Below are positions 25,225 through 38,689 of a stretch of 64,000 nt of DNA, one piece after another; within the stretch, counting starts at the first letter, position 1; every line of letters begins with the position of its first letter. Source of the stretch: Malacoraja senta (taxonomy: Eukaryota); assembly GCA_038087875.1 (NCBI GenBank), contig CM075995.1, positions 2,730,001 to 2,794,000 on the forward strand. Reading direction: 5' to 3'. Under the pieces are notes generated by a model. The model did not search any database and had not been told where the DNA came from. It saw only the letters and a program-made list of their open reading frames with translations. A program made the position numbers and the translations under genes.

Positions 25225-25695
25225 GGTTAACAAGAATGAGTGGGTTAACATACGATGAGCACTGGGCCTCTACTCGCTGGAGTTTAGAAGGATGAGGGGG
25301 AACCTCATTGAAACTTACAGAATAGTGAAAGGCCTGGATAGAGTGGATGTGGAGAGGATGTTTCCACTAGTGGGAGAGTCTGGGACCAGAGGTTCCAGCC
25401 TCAGAAATAAAGGGCATTCATTTAGGAAGGAGATGAGGAGGAATTTCTTCAGTCAGAGGGTAGTGAATCCGTGGAATTCTTTGCCACGCCACAGAAGGCT
25501 GTGGAGGCCAAGTCTTTTGAGGCAGAGATAGATAGATTCTTGATTGGTACGGGCGTCAATGGTTATGGGGAGAAGGCAGGAGAATGGGCTTAGGAGGGAG
25601 AGATAGATCAGCCATGATTTGTCATGGCAGAGTAGAGTAGACTTGATGGGCTGAAAGGCTTAATTCTGCTCCTATCACTTATGACCTTATGACCT
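25225..25695 (+). mobile_element. CR1 LINE 3' fragment
   Basis: MRGNLIETYRIVKGLDRVDVERMFPLVGES.TRG..RRNFFSQRVVN.WNSLP. Confidence 0.85.
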
Positions 25696-26071
25696 TAATT
25701 AGGAAAGCCCAGTCAGCTGAAGGCTGCATTAAACATAGAACATAGAACAATGCAGCACAGGAACAGGCCCTTCGGCCCTCATTATCTGTGATGAACATGA
25801 TGCCAAATCCAACTCTTATCTGCCTGCACATAATCCAATGAAATAGATGGGAGGTCAGGACTGGACTATAGTAGGTGAGAGGACGGTTCCATTGCCTGAT
25901 AACAGTTGGGAAGAAACTGTCCCTGAATCTGGAGGTTTGTATAGTTTTTTTAGATTAGTTTAGAGATACAGGGCGGAACCACCAGTGATCCCCACACACA
26001 AACACTGTCCTCTACACACTGGGGACAATTTACACTTTTACCAAGCCAATTAACCAACAAATTTGTACATT

Positions 26072-26780
26072 CTCCCCATGACTAAAACAGGCCTCAATCC
26101 CCACCAACATCCTCAGGACTTTCTACAGGGGTACGGTGGAGTCTGTACTCACGTACTGTTTAAATACGTGGTACTCCACCTGCAACTGCTCGGACAGGAA
26201 GGCTCTGCAGAGGGTAGTGAGGGGAGCAGAGAAGATCATTGGCGTCTCCCTACCCTCGGTACAAGAACTGTTCCTGAGCCGCTGTCGGAAAAAAGCTCAA
26301 AAAATTGCCAAGGACAAAATGCACCCCCTCCACATACACCTGGATCTCCTGCCATCAGGCAAGAGATATCGCAGCATCAAAGCCCGGACTACAAGACTGC
26401 TAAACAGCTTCCTGCCATATGCTGTGAGGCTGCTAAACAGCCACTCTGTACTCACAGTCACCTGATTCTGCGGCTTAGCACGGACACTATAATAACTGGC
26501 ACTGGCCACTTCAATAACTGGCACTGGCCACTCAAATCAGCCACCCCGGACATATTTATGATTGGTCTTACTGTACTTTAACGTTGTTTGTATCTATTTT
26601 AACTTATACTGTTCCATCAGGGACTGGATTGTTTTAGAGTTGTTATTATTATGTGTGAAATGTTTTAAACTTCATGTGCGATGCTCCGGTATTCCCTGGG
26701 AAACGTCTTTTCGTTTTGCACTGCGCAACTGTTGCTTGCAAGATGACAATAAAGGAATTGAATTGAATTGAATTGAATTG
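26072..26780 (+). mobile_element. Rex1/Babar-clade LINE 3' fragment
   Basis: ESVLTYCLNTWY...LQRVVRGAEKIIG..LP...HP.H..LLPSGKRYRSIKARTTRLLNSFLPYAVRLLN; (TTGAA)n tail. Confidence 0.85.
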
Positions 26781-27499
26781 ACTGCGCGGTTTTCCCTGTT
26801 TCCTCCGGTTCCCTCCCACATTCCAAAGATGTGCGGGTTTGTAAGTTAATAAGATTCGGTAAATTTCCCCTGGTGCGTAGGATGCAAAACTGGGATGACA
26901 GAGAACTCGTGTATGGGTGATCGTTGGTCAGCGTGGACTCAGTGGGCTGAAGAGCCTGTTTACACGCTGTATCTCTCATTCGAAACGAAACTGAACTAAA
27001 TATGGCTCAGTGGCATATTTTGTTCACTGCAATGTCTGTGAAGCGCCTTACGATGTTAGACTTAATTAAAGGTACTATATTAAACCCCACGGAGAAAACC
27101 CCACGCAGGTCTCGGGGAGAAGGCAGAAACTCCGTACAGACAGCACCTGTAGTCAGGATCGAACCTGTGTCTCCAGCGCTGTGAGGCAGCAACTCTACAG
27201 CTGCGCCACCGTGCCGCCCGCATGTGCCGATTACTTCCAATTTCCATATGTAAATCAGTTTAATTAGATTTTCTCGGCTTTCTGACTGAAACAGCAAATC
27301 CAACTGAAACTGGAGGGTATCATTATCCCATTACATATTAATGTATTTGATTAATTAGAGGTAATTTGGATATGCAGATTAACTTAATTATACAATTGTT
27401 TGCCTCCTGTAATTTACAGAGGATTAATGCCTGCTGTGGAGGATAGACCTTGTGGTGTGTGTCAGAATTAGGTGAACCGACAGTGTAATCCTGACTATT

Positions 27500-27925
27500 A
27501 TGCTGAGGCCAAACGCGAATTGGAGGAACGGCTCCTCGTATTTCGCTTGGGCAGCTTACAGCCCAGCCGTCTGATTCTTGATTTCTCTAATTTTAAGTTA
27601 CCCTTGCATCCCCTCTCTCTCTGTCGCTCCCCCACCCTGGTTGTGTTACCAGCTTCACTGTCATCCTGCGTAGTTTCACTTCTCGCACCCCCTCATTGTC
27701 ACCTCTTTTGCAGCCAACAAATGGAGCATTGCAGGCTCCTCCTTTCCTTGATCATCCTTGATTTGGCCTTTAAATGCCTTTCATTCCTTTGTTATATCTA
27801 CCATTCCATATCTGTGGTTACCCTCTCCACTGACTTGGAGTCTGAATGTTCTTGACCCAAAACATCATCTATTCCTTTTGTCCAGAGATGCTGCCTGAGT
27901 TACTCCAGCATTTTGCGTCTATCTG
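27500..27925 (+). mobile_element. Penelope-like element 3' fragment (degenerate)
   Basis: EAKRELEERLLVFRLGSLQPSRLILDFSNFK plus a decayed terminal repeat. Confidence 0.7.
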
Positions 27926-28124
27926 CTATCACGTTGAGCATTGTTTACATCCTTGACCAAGCCTTTCCTCCACATCCTTGGGCAGAGGTAAGGTTATGTT
28001 GTGCCGACTCTCTCCTTGGTGCCTAGATAAGGTATCTTCTTGACCCGAAGGTAGACACTGAATGCTGGAGTAACTCAGCCGGAAAGGCAGCATCCCTTGA
28101 GAGAAGGAATGGGTGATGTTTCGG

Positions 28125-29105
28125 GTCAAGTCAAGTCAAGTCACATTTATTTATATAGCACATTTAAAAAACAACTCTCGTTGGCCAAAGTGCTTTACAT
28201 ATGTTGTAAGAATAATACAAACAAACAAACCACATATATATATATACATATAGCCCTCGCTCAGAGGACGTCAAGAAAGGCTTGGGAGTATAGATAAGTT
28301 TTTAGTCTCGATTTAAAGGAGTCGATGGAGGGGGCAGTTCTGATGGGAAGGAGGATGCTGTTCCACAGTCTGGGAGCTGCAACCGCAAAGGCGCGGTCAC
28401 CCCTGAGCTTATGCCTAGACCGCGGGATATTCAGCAACCCCAAGTCGGCCGATCTGAGGGACCTGGAGGTGGTGTGGTGGGTGAGAAGCCTTTTAATGTA
28501 GGTGGGGGCAAGCCCATTGAGGGCTTTGTAGACATAGAGGAGGATCTTGAAATGTATACGGAACCGCACAGGGAGCCAGTGGTGAGAGGCCAGGATCGGG
28601 GTGATGTGGTCCCTTTTTCGGGTGCCCATCAGGAGTCTCACTGCGGCGTTTTGGACCAGTTGCAGGTGGGACAGGGAAGATTGGCTGATGCCAGTGTAAA
28701 GGGAGTTGCAGTAATCTAGGCGGGAGGAGATAAATGTGTGGATGATCTTTTCGAGGTCATCAAAGTGGAGGAATTGTTTTATTTTAGCTATCGTCCGAAG
28801 CTGAAAGAAGCTAGCTTTTACCACGGCATTGACTTGTTTGTCAAATTTCAGTGCTGAGTCAAATATCACGCCAAGGTTTTTGACGTGAGGTTTGAGTAGT
28901 GGGGTAAGGCTTCCAAGGCTGCCTGCTATCAGTTTGATTGAGTCCGAAGGGCCGAGAACGATGACCTCAGACTTACTCTCGTTTAGTTGGAGGAAGTTCT
29001 GGGCCATCCAACACTTTATATCCTCGAGGCAGCGGGGAAGGTTAAGCAGATTTGATTGGTTTTTGGGCTTCAGGGGGAGATAGAGTTGTGTATCATCTGT
29101 GTAGC
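28125..29105 (-). mobile_element. L2-clade LINE, 5'-truncated (RT C-terminus)
   Basis: ORF 28261..29007: MAQNFLQLNESKSE...KNLGVIFDS...SRLDYCNSL...QNAAVRLL...HITPIL..HWLPV; upstream LLHYADDTQLY-like region; (CTTGA)n tail. Confidence 0.92.
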
Positions 29106-30159
29106 AATGGAAGGAACCCTTCTTCAGACTTCAGGGTTAGTTTGGGTAGCCCGTGTTCAAGAAGGGTCTCGACCCGAAACGTCACCCATTCCTTCTCTCC
29201 AGAGATGCTGCCTGTCCCGCTGAACTACTCCAGCATTTTGTGTCTATCTTCGATTTAAACCAGCATCTGGCGCTCCTACCTACACATTGTATCTTCTTGA
29301 CCATAGACACAAAAAGCTGGAGTAAATCAGTGGGACGGGCAGCCTCTCTGGAGAGAAGGAATGGGTGACGTTTCGGGTCGCGACCCTTCTTCGTCTGTGA
29401 CCCGGCTATGCTCGGCGTAAACCAGCATCTGCAGTTCCTTCCTACACATTGTATCTTCTTGACCCCTTGTTTCAAAGCAGACGGTCAGAAAGTGTTTGTG
29501 AGACAATAGACAATAGACTATAGGTGCAGGAGTAGGCCATTCAGCCCTTCGAGCCAGCACCGCCATTCAATGTGATCATGGCTGATCATCCCCAATCAGT
29601 ACCCCGTTCCTGCCTTCTCCCCATATCCCTTGACTCCGCTATCTTTAAGAGTATCTTTATCTTTAAGAGGGAACATCAGCTTGGTGTTTGAGGGGGTGGA
29701 GGGTGTCGGTGGGGGGATCCTTGAACGGAGGCTGCAAGTTGAGCACATCGTCAAGGCTCGATCGTGCAATCTGCTGCCACATGGTCTGTATTAATTGCTT
29801 GTTTTGAATTTGCCCAGCTAGTTGTAATCTCCATGAGCAAAGCCAGAATGGGAATGCGGCGTATTATCAGCGTACTGCTGTCAACAATAGGCCACATCGG
29901 GAGCTCCACCTTCCTGCAGCTACTGAGCACCAGAACTATCAGTGAGACATGGAGAATGACGCAGTGTTGTAACCTTGGGAAAAGTACACCCGGTACAGAA
30001 CAGTCCTCTAATCCACCCACTCTTGGCACTGTCCATTCAAAACAAGGGCAAGAGCAAGAATAACGTCCACCTCCTCCCACGACACCCAGCCCTCTCATCG
30101 CAAAGCTGTTGCTTGTTAAATGCATCCTTCGCTCAGTCAGCCTGGACCTATTCTTTAAT

Positions 30160-30478
30160 TTAGTTTAGTTTAGAGATACAGCGCGGAAACAGGCGCTCGG
30201 CCCACCGGGTCCTCGCCGACCAGCGATCCCCGCACATTAACGCTATCCTTCACCCACCAGGGACAATTCTTACATTTACCAAGCCAGCTAACCTACAAAC
30301 CTGTACGTCTTTGGAGTGTGGGAGGAAACCGAAGATCTCGGAGAAAACCCACGCAGGTCATGGGGAGAACGTACAAACTCCGTACAGACAGCACCCATAG
30401 TCAGGATCGAACCCAGGTCTCCGACGCTGCATTTGTTGTAAGGCAGCAACTCTACCACTGTGCCACTGTGACCGCCCT
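30160..30478 (-). mobile_element. V-SINE, full length
   Basis: Reverse complement of the SINE consensus. Confidence 0.85.
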
Positions 30479-30796
30479 GATCTCCCGGTTGCCAGACACT
30501 TTAAACTCCCCTTCTCATTCCCCACACTGACCATGTGTGTCGGAAGGTACAGCGGGTCTGGGTTAAGATGTGGTCGCCGAGGTGGAGAGCAGGAATCACA
30601 GAGTGGGAGCAGCGAGAGAGAAGTTGTTGCAGAACTCTCGTTGGAGAGAGGAAGAGAATTCTTCAAAGTCGGCCGACCTTGAGGAGACATCGCAATGGAA
30701 CAGACGAAATGTGTTGGAAGGAAAATAGCCATTCTGGGTTAAGTCAGAGAGTTCCGTTCAGTTCAGGTTTAGTTTATTGTCACGTGTACCAAGATA

Positions 30797-31330
30797 CAAT
30801 AGACAATAGACAATAGACAATAGGTGCAGGAGTAGGTCATTTGGGCCTTCGAGCCAGCACCGCCATTCAATGTGATCATGGCTGATCATCCCCAATCAGT
30901 ACCCCGTTCCTGCCTTCTCCCCATATCCACAGACTCCGCTATTTTTAAAAGCCCTATCTAGCTCTCTCTTGAAAGCATCCAGAGAACCTGCCTCCACCAC
31001 CCTCTGAGGCAGAGATTTCCACACTCACCACTCTCTGTGAGAAAAAGTGTTTCCTCGTCTCCGTTCTAAATGGCTTACTCCTTATTCTTAAACTGTGGCA
31101 CCTGGTTCTGGACTCCCCCAACATCGGGAACATGTTTCCTGCCTCTAGTGTGTCCAAGCCCTTAAAAATCTTATATGTTTCAATAAGATCCCCTCTCATC
31201 CTTCTAAACTCCAGAGTGTACAAGTCCAGCGGCTCCATTCTCTCAGCATATGACAGTCCCACCATCCCGGGAATTAACCTTGTAAACCTACGCTGCACTC
31301 CCTCAATAGCAAGAATGTCCTTCATCAAAT
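30797..31330 (-). mobile_element. CR1 LINE 3' fragment
   Basis: ORF 30954..31328: KDILAIEGVQRRFTRLIPGM.GLSY.ER...RRMRGDLIETYKI. Confidence 0.88.
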
Positions 31331-31337
31331 TAGGGAG

Positions 31338-32843
31338 AAGTCAAGTCAAGTCAAGTGAGTTTATTGTCATGTGTCCCTGGTAGGACAATGAAATTCTTGC
31401 TTTGCTTGAGCACAACAGAACATAGTAGGCATTTACTACAAGGCATTCTATAAATATATACACAATGGTCAATATACTGATAAAGTGCAAATAACAGTAT
31501 TGGCTAGTAAAGTTCAGTGTTATGTCCGAGCCAGGTTTAATAGCCTGATAGCTGTGGGGAAGTAGCTGTTCCTGAACCTGGTCGTTGCAGTCTTCAGGCT
31601 CCTGTACCTTCTACCTGAAGGTAGTAGGGAGATGAGTGTGTGGCCAGGATGGTGTGGGTCCTTGATGATGCTGCCAGCCTTTTTGAGGCAGCGACTGTGG
31701 TAGATCCCCTCGATGGAAGGGAGGTCAGAGCCGATGATGGACTGGGCAGTGTTTACTACTTTTTGTAGTCTTTTCCTCTCCAGGGCACTCAAGTTGCCGA
31801 ACCAAGCCACGATGCAACCGGTCAGCATGCTCTCTACTGTGCACCTGTAGAAGTTAGAGAGAGTCCTCCTTGACAAACCGACTCTCCGTAATCTTCTCAG
31901 GAAGTAGAGGCGCTGATGTGCTTTCTTAATAATGGCATCATTGTTCTCGGACCAGGAAAGATCTTCAGAGATGTGCACGCCCAGGAATTTGAAGCTCTTG
32001 ACCCTTTCAACCATCGACCCGTTGATATAAACGGGACTGTGGGTCCCCATCCTACTCCTTCCAAAGTTCACAATCAGTTCCTTGGTTTTGCTGGTGTTGA
32101 GGGCCAGGTTATTGTGCTGGCACCATATGGACAGTTGCTCGATCTCTCTTCTATACTCTGACTCATCCCCATCAGTGATACGTCCCACAACAGTGGTGTC
32201 ATCAGCGAACTTGATGATGGAGTTCGCACTATGTCCGGCTACGCAGTCATGAGTATAGAGTGAGTACAGCAGGGGACTGAGCAAGCAGCCTTGAGGTGCT
32301 CCCGTGCTAATTGTTATCGAGTCTGACACATTTCCACCAATACGAACAGACTGTGGTCTGAGAATGAGGAAGTCGAGGATCCAATTGCAGAGGGATGCGC
32401 AGAGACCCAGTTCTGCGAGTTTGGTAACCAGCTTGGAGGGGATGATTGTGTTAAATGCCGAGCTGTAATCGATGAATAACAGCCTGACATATGAGTTTTT
32501 GTTGTCCAAGTGGTCCAGAGCGGAGTGGAGGGCCAGCGAGATCGCATCCACCGTTGATCTGTTGTGGCGGTAAGCGAACTGCAGTGGGTCCAGGTTTTTG
32601 TCGAGGTAGGAGTTGATTTGCGTCATGATCAACCTCTCAAAGCACTTCATCACCACAGGCGTTAGTGCCACAGGTCGATAGTCATTGAGGCACGTTACCT
32701 TACTCTTCTTGGGCACTGGTATAATTGATGCCCTTTTGAAGCAGGTGGGGACCTCAGACCTCAGAAGTGAGAGGTTGAAAATGTCTGTAAAAACTCCAGC
32801 CAGTTGGTCCGCACAGGTTTTTAGAACGCGACCAGGTATACCT
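31338..32843 (-). mobile_element. Rex1/Babar-clade LINE, 5'-truncated, with an uninterrupted RT domain
   Basis: 398-aa ORF 31520..32716: [52 protein letters not shown]; (CTTGA)n tail. Confidence 0.93.
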
Positions 32844-33537
32844 GTGAGAAGCTTTTTGTTGCGACAGTCGTCATCAGTCTGAAGAAGTGTTTCGGCCCGA
32901 AACGTTGCCTCAAATTGTGCTTCTGATTTTCTTTTTTATGTGTTTTTGAAGGAATTCTGTCCCTGATTTATGTATTGGTCTTTATAACCTATTTTTTTTA
33001 AATTCTGATTATATGTTTTCTATAAATCTCTGTATGGTGTCCTTGAGACCTCGGTATAAGGCGCCGTAAATAAAATCCATTATTATTATTATTATTATTT
33101 CCTTCGCTCCATAGATGCTGCTGCACCCGCTGAGTTTCTCCAGCATTTTTGTGTATCTTCGATTTTCCAGCATCTGCAGTTCCTTCTTAAACAGCAGAAA
33201 GTCAATACATGATTACAATCAATCCATTTACAGTTAAAAGATGCCATGATAAGAGAATAACGTTTAGTGCAAGGTAAAGCCAGCAAAGTCCGGTCAAGGA
33301 TAGTCCGAGGGACATCAGAGGGAGATAGTAGTTCAGTAATGCTCTCTGGTTGTGGTAGGATGATTCAGTTGCCTGATTACAGCTGGGAAGAAACTGTGCC
33401 TTAAGAGCAGGAGGAATCAACTCCCTTTCCCTGACGCTCACTCTGAAGAAGGGTCTCGACCCAAAACGTCACCCATTCCTTCTAGCCAGAGATGCTGCCT
33501 GTCCCACTAAGTTACTCCAGCATTTTGTGTCTATCCT

Positions 33538-33795
33538 CACTGACCTTTCTGTCCTTGGGCTCCTCCACTGTCAGAGTGAGGCCAAATGCTAATTGGAGGA
33601 ACAGCACCTCATATTTCACTTGGGAAGCTTACAACCCAGTGGTATCAATCTTGATTTCTCTAACTTCAAGTAACCCTTGCATTTCCAAGTCGTACCAGCT
33701 TCAAAGTCGTCTTGTTGAGTCTCATTGTCTGTACTTGCTCTCACCTAGACCACAGCTGACAATGGCCTGTTTCCTTTATCAGCGTTACTTTTTTG
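33538..33795 (+). mobile_element. Penelope-like element 3' fragment
   Basis: DLSVLGLLHCQSEAKC.LEEQHLIFHLGSLQPSGINLDFSNFK; flanked by terminal-repeat units at 33443 and 33800. Confidence 0.75.
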
Positions 33796-35479
33796 CGACC
33801 CAAAATGTCACCCATTCCTTCTCTCCGGAGATGCTGCCTGTCCCGCTGAGTTACTCCAGTTTTTTGTGTCTATTTTTGGTTTAAAAATAGGCAGTCCCTT
33901 CCTATGCAGATTCTTGATCAGTTCGGATGTCAGGGGTTATGGGGTTATGGGGTGAAGGCAGGAGAATGGGGTTGAGAGGGAAAGACAGATTAGCCATGAT
34001 TGAATGGCAGAGTAGACTAATTCTGCTCCTATAACATTTGAACTTATGAACTCCTTGGTCTCTTTCAGGTGGAAGTACAGGAAGGAGATGGCTGAGTACA
34101 CATTGCAACCTCACAACAGCCATATTGCAAGCAGATGAGCTGGTGTCATGCACTAGCAGTCTGGGCCTTGTAACATGATCAGACGTTGATAATGACACTG
34201 TGGGTTTTACTTAACATTAACATGAAAAAATAGCATTGGCCAGAGACTGAAGCATGTGATAACTTTATGCACTGGTCAGGAAAAATGTGGGGACTTTGGG
34301 CACAGAGGAGTGTTATCAGAATGCTGCCTGGATTAGAGGGTTTCAGCTACAAAGAGAGGTTGTATAATCTTGGATTGTTTTCTCTAGAACGTCGGAGAAT
34401 GAGGGGAGACTTGTTACAAGTATATAAAATTCAGAGAGGCATATGTAGGGGACAACCTTTTTCCCAGGATGGAAACATCCATCGATAAAACACTTAGCCA
34501 CGGAGGCGCAGCGGTAGAGTTGTTGCATTACACCACTTGCACCGCCGGAGACCCAGGTTCGATCCGACTATGGGTGCTGTCTGTACGAGTTTGTGCATTC
34601 TCCCCGAGACCCTAACTCAGAAGGGTCTCGACCCGAAATGTCACCCGTTCTTTCTCTCCAGACATGCTGCCTGTCCAGTTGAGTTATTCCAGCTTCTTGT
34701 GTCTATCTTCGGTTTAAACCAGCATCTGGAGTACCTTCCCACACATCCCTGGAGAACATGGATAGGTGATGTTTCGGGCTGGGAATCTTCTTCAGACTGA
34801 TTGTGGGGGTGGGGAGGGGGGTGGGAGGGGGGGGGGGTAGGGGGAAGAAAGCTGGATGAGAGGACAGGACAAAGCGTGGCAGGTAATAGGTGAACACAAG
34901 GGGCAACAGGAGTCACAGAGGGGGAGAAGCGAGAAATTGTCTCACTAAATTCCTGTCAGAGTGGGAAGGAGAACTTCTTCAAAGTAGGCATACCTTGAGG
35001 AGATTTCGCAAGTGGAGCAGTCAAAATGTAGAAAGAAGGAACTGTAGATGCTGGTTTACAAAATAAGACACAAAGTGCTGGAGTAACCCAGCGGGTTTGG
35101 CAGCATCTGGGGAGAACGTGGATAGGTGACCCCAAACGGCACTGCAAATGGACTGAATGGGATGAGAATAGAGGCCACATCTTGGTCGGCATGTCCAAAA
35201 TGGGCCGAAGGGCTTGCTTCATGTTCTGTGTGACTCTGGCTCAATGACTATATCCAAATGAATTTATCTCATCATAAACTTGTGGGAATCTCTGGAAAAT
35301 GAATACTCAAGATGGAGATGGAACGTCTGGGAAGGCCGACTCACCGAATGGAAGACTAATCAGTGCTAGGAATGTGTACACATTTAATTAGACCACAGCT
35401 TAGTCAGCATATTACTGAAAGGATGAGAATGAACCAGACGTGGTGACGTCGAGACTTGTGATGGTATTGATCGGACGGG

Positions 35480-35870
35480 AAATATTTGCCTACAAGAATG
35501 GTTTAGATAAACTAGTATTGGCATTTTGGAAAAAAATGGGTGATTTAATTGAGGTGAATAAAGATGGAGAAGGCCAAAGAAAATTAAATAGGGAGCACCC
35601 ATTTTCCTTAGCAGAAGAGTTTAAAATGGAGGGCTGACATTTAAAGTAATTGTAGAAGGAGTTGAGCAATGAGTTTTCATCCAGGGGATGGTTTGGGTAT
35701 TGAACTCACAGCTTGCAATTGGCAGGAACACTCATTACTTTGAGAAATTACTTTGCCTCGCACTTGGCAAGCCATGACTGTGGATTTGATGCGGGAAGGT
35801 TGGGTGGCTCCTTTTCGGATCCGCACCATCGTAATGGGCAGAGTGGCCTCCTTTGGTGGTGTAAGCGATC
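35480..35870 (+). mobile_element. Ancient, highly decayed CR1 3' fragment
   Basis: Residual GDLIEV and FSLAEEFK..G motifs plus a GGGCAGAGTGGCCTCCT tail motif. Confidence 0.5.
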
Positions 35871-36014
35871 CGTGAAAACACTGAGCACTATCACGTGAAG
35901 GTGCAGGGAAAACTCAGGGGAGGTCCAGGGAAAATGGCAGGAGGAACCACACAACCCAACCACCTAGCCCTTAGTTTCAGCATCGTATGCATCATTTGTG
36001 GAAGAGTGTGCAGG

Positions 36015-37156
36015 TATTGTATTGTATTGTATATCTTTATTGTCATTTCCTGAGTATTCGCATACCCAGAGGAAACAAAAAAACGTTCCTCAACCAGTGT
36101 CCATTTCAGTGTGCAGTAAAAAATAAATAGAAGTAAAAATACATATATCATGAACAAATTAACACTCTACTCTACTAAACATCAACAGGCGTTCCGATCG
36201 GCAGCGGCACGACAGTGGCTCTGCTGCCGTGTGTCCAGGTTGCTGGTTGGTGCACGATACTTTGGCAGGGGGCAAAGTCCGTTTATCAGTCTTATAACCT
36301 GCGGGAAGAAGCTGAGGAGCATCCTGCTGGTTTTGCACCTAATGCTCCGGTACCTCTTCCCAGATGGCAGGATGGAGAATATGTGATGCGATGGGTGGTA
36401 GGGGTCTTTGATGATGGAGATGGCTCCGCTGATACATCTCTTCCTGTATATGTCCAGCAGGAAAGGGAGTGGAGCACCAATAATCCTGCTGGCGGTCTTC
36501 ACAATCCTGTCTAGTTGGTGCCGTTCGTACGCTTTGCAGCTCCCGAACCAGGAAGTGATGCCGTAGGTTAATGTGCTCTCGATTGTCCCCCTATAAAAAG
36601 TTCGTAGGTGTGTAGTGGGGAGACCTGCTTTACGTAGTCTTCGGAGAGGGTGTAGTCGCTGCTGGGCTCTCTTGACCAGTGCTGTGGTGTTGGTCGTGGA
36701 CGTCAGGTCATCTGACAGGTGGAATCCTAGGAGCTTCACGCTGTTGACCCTTTCCACATCAGCTCCATCGATGTGCAGAGGTGTATGGTGTTGTTTTCCC
36801 GCCCTCCTGAAGTCAACCACCATCACGTTGAGAATGAGGTTGTGGGATCTGCACCATCCTGTGAGCAGCTCCACCTCCATCCTTTACGCCGACTCATCAT
36901 TGTCACTGATGAGACCCACCACTGTTGTGTCATCAGCGAACTTGTTGATGAAGTTGTTGTTGAGTCTAGCAGTACAGTCGTGTGTTAGCAGACTAAACAG
37001 CAGGGGGCTTAGGACACAGCCTTGGGGCGAGCCAGTGCTCACGGCTATGGTTTTTGATGTCCTACTGCCCACCCTGACTGTCTGCTGCCGTTGCGATAGA
37101 AAGTTCAGGACCCAGTTACATGTGCCAGCATCAACCCCCAATAGCTCCAACTTCTA
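36015..37156 (-). mobile_element. Rex1/Babar-clade LINE, 5'-truncated, one in-frame stop
   Basis: ORFs 36884..37150 and 36182..36880 share a frame: GSPQGCVLSPLLFSLLTHDC, KFADD, LPSGKRYRS; (CAATA)n tail. Confidence 0.9.
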
Positions 37157-38689
37157 GTTCCAACTCAACTAGTAAGGTCTCTTACTAGTTGAGTTTGGTT
37201 GAGTTGAGTTGGGTTGAGTTGGGTTGAGTTTAGAGATAAATCATGGAAACAGTCCCTACATCCCACTGAGTCCACGCCGACCAACAATCACCTGTACACT
37301 ACCAGTGACTGCCTGGGTTTTTTCCGATGCTCCGGTTTCCTCCCCCATCCTAAGGACGTGCGGGTTTTGCGGGTTGACTGGCTTCTGTAGGTTGTCGCTA
37401 GCTTGTAGGATAGAACAAGTGTATGGATGATTTCTGGTCGGCACGGGCTTTGTGGGCTGAAGGGTCTGTTTCCATGCAGTATCTCTAAGCTAGTTCTATC
37501 CTACACACTAGGGGAAATTTACAGAAGCCCATTGACCTGCAAAAACCTGCACGTCTTTGGAATGTGGGAGGAAACCGGAGCACCGGGAGAAATACCCATG
37601 CCGTCGCAGGGAGAACGTGCAAACTTCACACAGACAGCACCCGAGGTCAGGATCGAACCTGGGTCTCTGGCGCTGTGAGGCAGCAGCTCAATTCGCTGCG
37701 TCAACATGCCGCCCCCATTGTTCTCTGTTTAGTTTGGTTTAGTTTTGAGATACAGCGTGGAAACAGGAAACAGGAAGAGCCCACCGAGTCTGTATCGATC
37801 AGCGATTCTGCCACAGAAGGTAGTTGAGGCCAGTTCATTGGCTATATTTAAGAGGGAGTTAGATGTGGCCCTTGTGGCTAAAGGGATCAGGGGGTTTGGA
37901 GAGAAGTCAGGTACAGGATACTGAGTTGGATGAGCTGCCATGATCATATTGAATGGCGGTGCAGGCTCGAAGGGCCGAATGGCCTACTCCTGCACCTATT
38001 TTCTATGTTTCTATCCCCACATATTAACATTACCCTACACACCCTAGGGACAATTTTTACATTTACCAAGCCAATTTACCTACAAACCTGTACGTCTTTG
38101 GAGTAAGGGAGGAAACCAAAGATCTCGGAGAAAACCCACGCGGGTCACGGGGAGAAGGTACAGACTTCGTACAGACAGCACCCGTAGTCGGGATTGAACC
38201 CGGGTCTGCGGTGCTGCAAGCAATGTAAGGCAGAAACTCTACCGCTGTGCCACCGTGGCCGCCCTTATTGTTCTCATCAACTGCCTCAGAACTGAACCCC
38301 TGATCCTGAGGGATTGCCTAGAAAGAGGAGTGGGATGTCAGAGCTGGCATCAAGCCAACCAACCCTGGCTTAGGAAAGCTAAACTCCTTGATGGGTTAGT
38401 ACCCTGCCAAAAATTGATAAGAACATTTGTTTAGTTTAGTGTAGTTTAGAGATACAGCGCGGAAACAAGCCCTTCGACCCACCGAGTCCGCACCGAACAG
38501 CGATCCCTGTACATTATCACTATCCTGCACACACTAGGGACAATTTTATATTTATGCCAAGCCAATCAGCCTACAAACCTGTACGTCTTTGGAGTGTGGG
38601 AGGAAACCAAAGATCTCGACTGTTGGCACCAATAACAACTTGGGTGAGATGTCAGAGTGTAAAATTAATGAGTTGAAGTCTGCTCAGGA

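Noticed and set aside
29660..30150. Unique segment with 99-124 aa ORFs
   Set aside because: No recognisable domain or splice structure; may be an old repeat.
34055..34200. Candidate host exon after TCTCTTTCAG|G
   Set aside because: All three frames stop early and none is recognisable.
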